From the IMG/VR virus record IMGVR_UViG_3300028840_005911, positions 32,001 through 96,000 of that record: a DNA stretch of 64,000 nucleotides. One strand, given 5' to 3'. The position numbers and the translations under genes were made by a program. Positions 62,913 to 64,000 of the stretch are shown here, piece by piece; positions within the stretch are counted from its first letter, which is position 1, and the number at the start of each line of letters is the position of its first letter. Origin of the DNA: a virus. The notes below the pieces were generated by a model, which saw only the letters and a program-made list of their open reading frames with translations, was not told the DNA's origin and ran no database searches.

Positions 62913-63160
62913 GTTTGATTGTGTTGTGGGTGGAATGTCGGGAGTATCGGACGCTTGAACGAATGTGGGAGAGTAAATCAGACAGGGGAGCAGGTTGATC
63001 GAAGAGAGGCAAGGGCGGTCGCCGGTATGAGTGTTCGCGGGTCTGGTAGCGAGAGGGTACGTTTGTCCGTGGTGCGGAATCATGGGGCGTTTGTCAAAAG
63101 GAAGGTACGAGCGTGAGTGGGAACATGCGTCTGCACGGTGGCCCGAGCGAAAGCTCGAGA
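62913..63160 (+). repeat. G-NNN period-4 tract (53/62, unbroken phase)
   Basis: gttt gatt gtgt tgtg ggtg gaat gtcg ggag ... gccc gagc gaaa gctc gaga. Confidence 0.9.
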
Positions 63161-63185
63161 AGAGGATACCCCCTATCCTCTTCTT
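63158..63185 (+). terminator. Hairpin terminator
   Basis: AGAAGAGGATA-CCCCC-TATCCTCTTCTT. Confidence 0.75.
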
Positions 63186-63190
63186 ACCTG

Positions 63191-63221
63191 TAAAATACAA
63201 CAGCACTGTTGGGTATAAGTA
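63191..63221 (+). promoter_or_regulatory. Consensus promoter with palindromic operator in spacer
   Basis: TAAAAT-N15-GGTATAAGTA; ACAACAG-CA-CTGTTGG at 63197-63212. Confidence 0.8.
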
Positions 63222-63263
63222 TTGTGACAGAGAAATGCACCCATTTTATAGGAGGAACAAACA

Positions 63264-63773
63264 ATGGAGCCCAAGAAGAAACCAAGAAGAAAGTTTAGAA
63301 GCCCGTACAAGTGTTATCGAGAGCTTGCCATCGCAGTGGTCGGGTCCCGTGACGGTAAATACCCGCACAACGTTCGCGGGAAAGACATCAAGAACGCTGT
63401 ACTTGCTGTGATGATGGAGCTCAACCTAAAACTGCGTGTCATTCTCAGGCTCCGATTCGGGATCGGAACCAAGAAGCTGACCCTCAAAGAAGTCGGAGCA
63501 ATATTTGGGGTAGGCGCAGAGCAAATCCGCAGGCTGGAAGCCAGAGGGCTAAGGGTCATGAGAAAGCACTGGCGCATTCTAGTGGACCCCTCGAACGTTC
63601 GACATCTCTGCTACGATGAACCCGACTTGGAAGAGATGATAAAGAGATGCGGAGACATGCCTCGAGCTGTATCCCACCCCGTTCTGCGGAAAACCCACCG
63701 AAGAAAATTCTCGGATGGCACTGAGTCGGTATATGTAGAGTATACCAAGATGGACAGTGACAGATATATCTGA
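63264..63773 (+). CDS. Sigma70 region-4-only HTH protein
   Basis: LRVILRLRFGIGTKKLTLKEVGAIFGVGAEQIRRLEARGLRVMR. Confidence 0.8.
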   Translation: MEPKKKPRRKFRSPYKCYRELAIAVVGSRDGKYPHNVRGKDIKNAVLAVMMELNLKLRVILRLRFGIGTKKLTLKEVGAIFGVGAEQIRRLEARGLRVMRKHWRILVDPSNVRHLCYDEPDLEEMIKRCGDMPRAVSHPVLRKTHRRKFSDGTESVYVEYTKMDSDRYI

Positions 63774-63807
63774 TTCCAAAAGCACCCACTTTTATAGGAG
63801 GGCAATC

Positions 63808-63957
63808 ATGAGAAACTACGAGAAGTATTACCATCCAGAAGTAGGAGAGATATGTTGGAGGTGGCGTTATCTGCGCCGACCAAGACGTCGTCCACGGAGA
63901 AAGCGCTATTCCCCTTACTGGCTGCTCAGTCTGTACCTGGCAGCTACATGGGATTGA
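63808..63957 (+). CDS. Small Arg-rich protein
   Basis: AGGAGG RBS before MRNYEK. Confidence 0.55.
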   Translation: MRNYEKYYHPEVGEICWRWRYLRRPRRRPRRKRYSPYWLLSLYLAATWD

Positions 63958-64000
63958 GGGCTGAACAACGCGGAGCTGGCCGCTGAATCCAGCAATGATT

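Larger units (their letters stand above)
62795..63185 (+). ncRNA. Candidate guide-type ncRNA: 5' hairpins + 248-nt G-NNN tract + terminator
   Basis: GGAGCG/CGCTCC and GGTCCTGGAGTAG/CTACTCCAGGACC stems, then tract. Confidence 0.7.

Noticed and set aside
50396-63160. Canonical VIPR GGY-NN pentamer (period 5) or Cascade-like period 6 in the G-rich tracts
   Set aside because: Phasing by 5 (three tracts) and by 6 (one tract) gave no stable register; period 4 did.
63031-63411. Track ORF MFAGLVARGYVCPWCG
   Set aside because: No RBS, lies on the G-NNN tract and crosses a terminator and a promoter.

Overview
A 64 kb fragment of a large tailed dsDNA phage genome (standard code, dense operons, no rRNA, no CRISPR array). 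1-30592 (-): virion/tail module with membrane (lysis-like) genes, a methyltransferase, a GT4-GT2-TPR glycosyltransferase, two Gly-X-Thr collagen-like fibres, a FliA-like sigma factor, baseplate-hub-like genes and a tape measure protein. 30659-37304 (+): ATP-dependent DNA ligase and small accessory genes. 37313-47829 (-): amidase, GroES, an RHH protein, a tail-chaperone-like pair joined by a -1 slippery site, and a RecA-like ATPase. 47937-64000 (mostly +): accessory region built from hairpin-promoter cassettes (DAAAWT-N13-15-GGTATAAG), with dCMP deaminase, HU, two sigma region-4-only proteins, DUF5131, a permuted tRNA-like (YrlA-like) RNA and an atypical tRNA. Main new signal: six non-coding tracts (50396-63160) in which every fourth base is G (G-NNN; 161 of 184 units by hand count), each ending at a terminator-like hairpin, in the same region as a stand-alone wHTH-RAMP/Cas7-like gene (51436-52692). 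I infer a candidate RNA-guided system with a non-contiguous 4-nt guide register, related to but distinct from GGY-NN VIPR systems. All family calls are by-eye motif recognition; no search was run.
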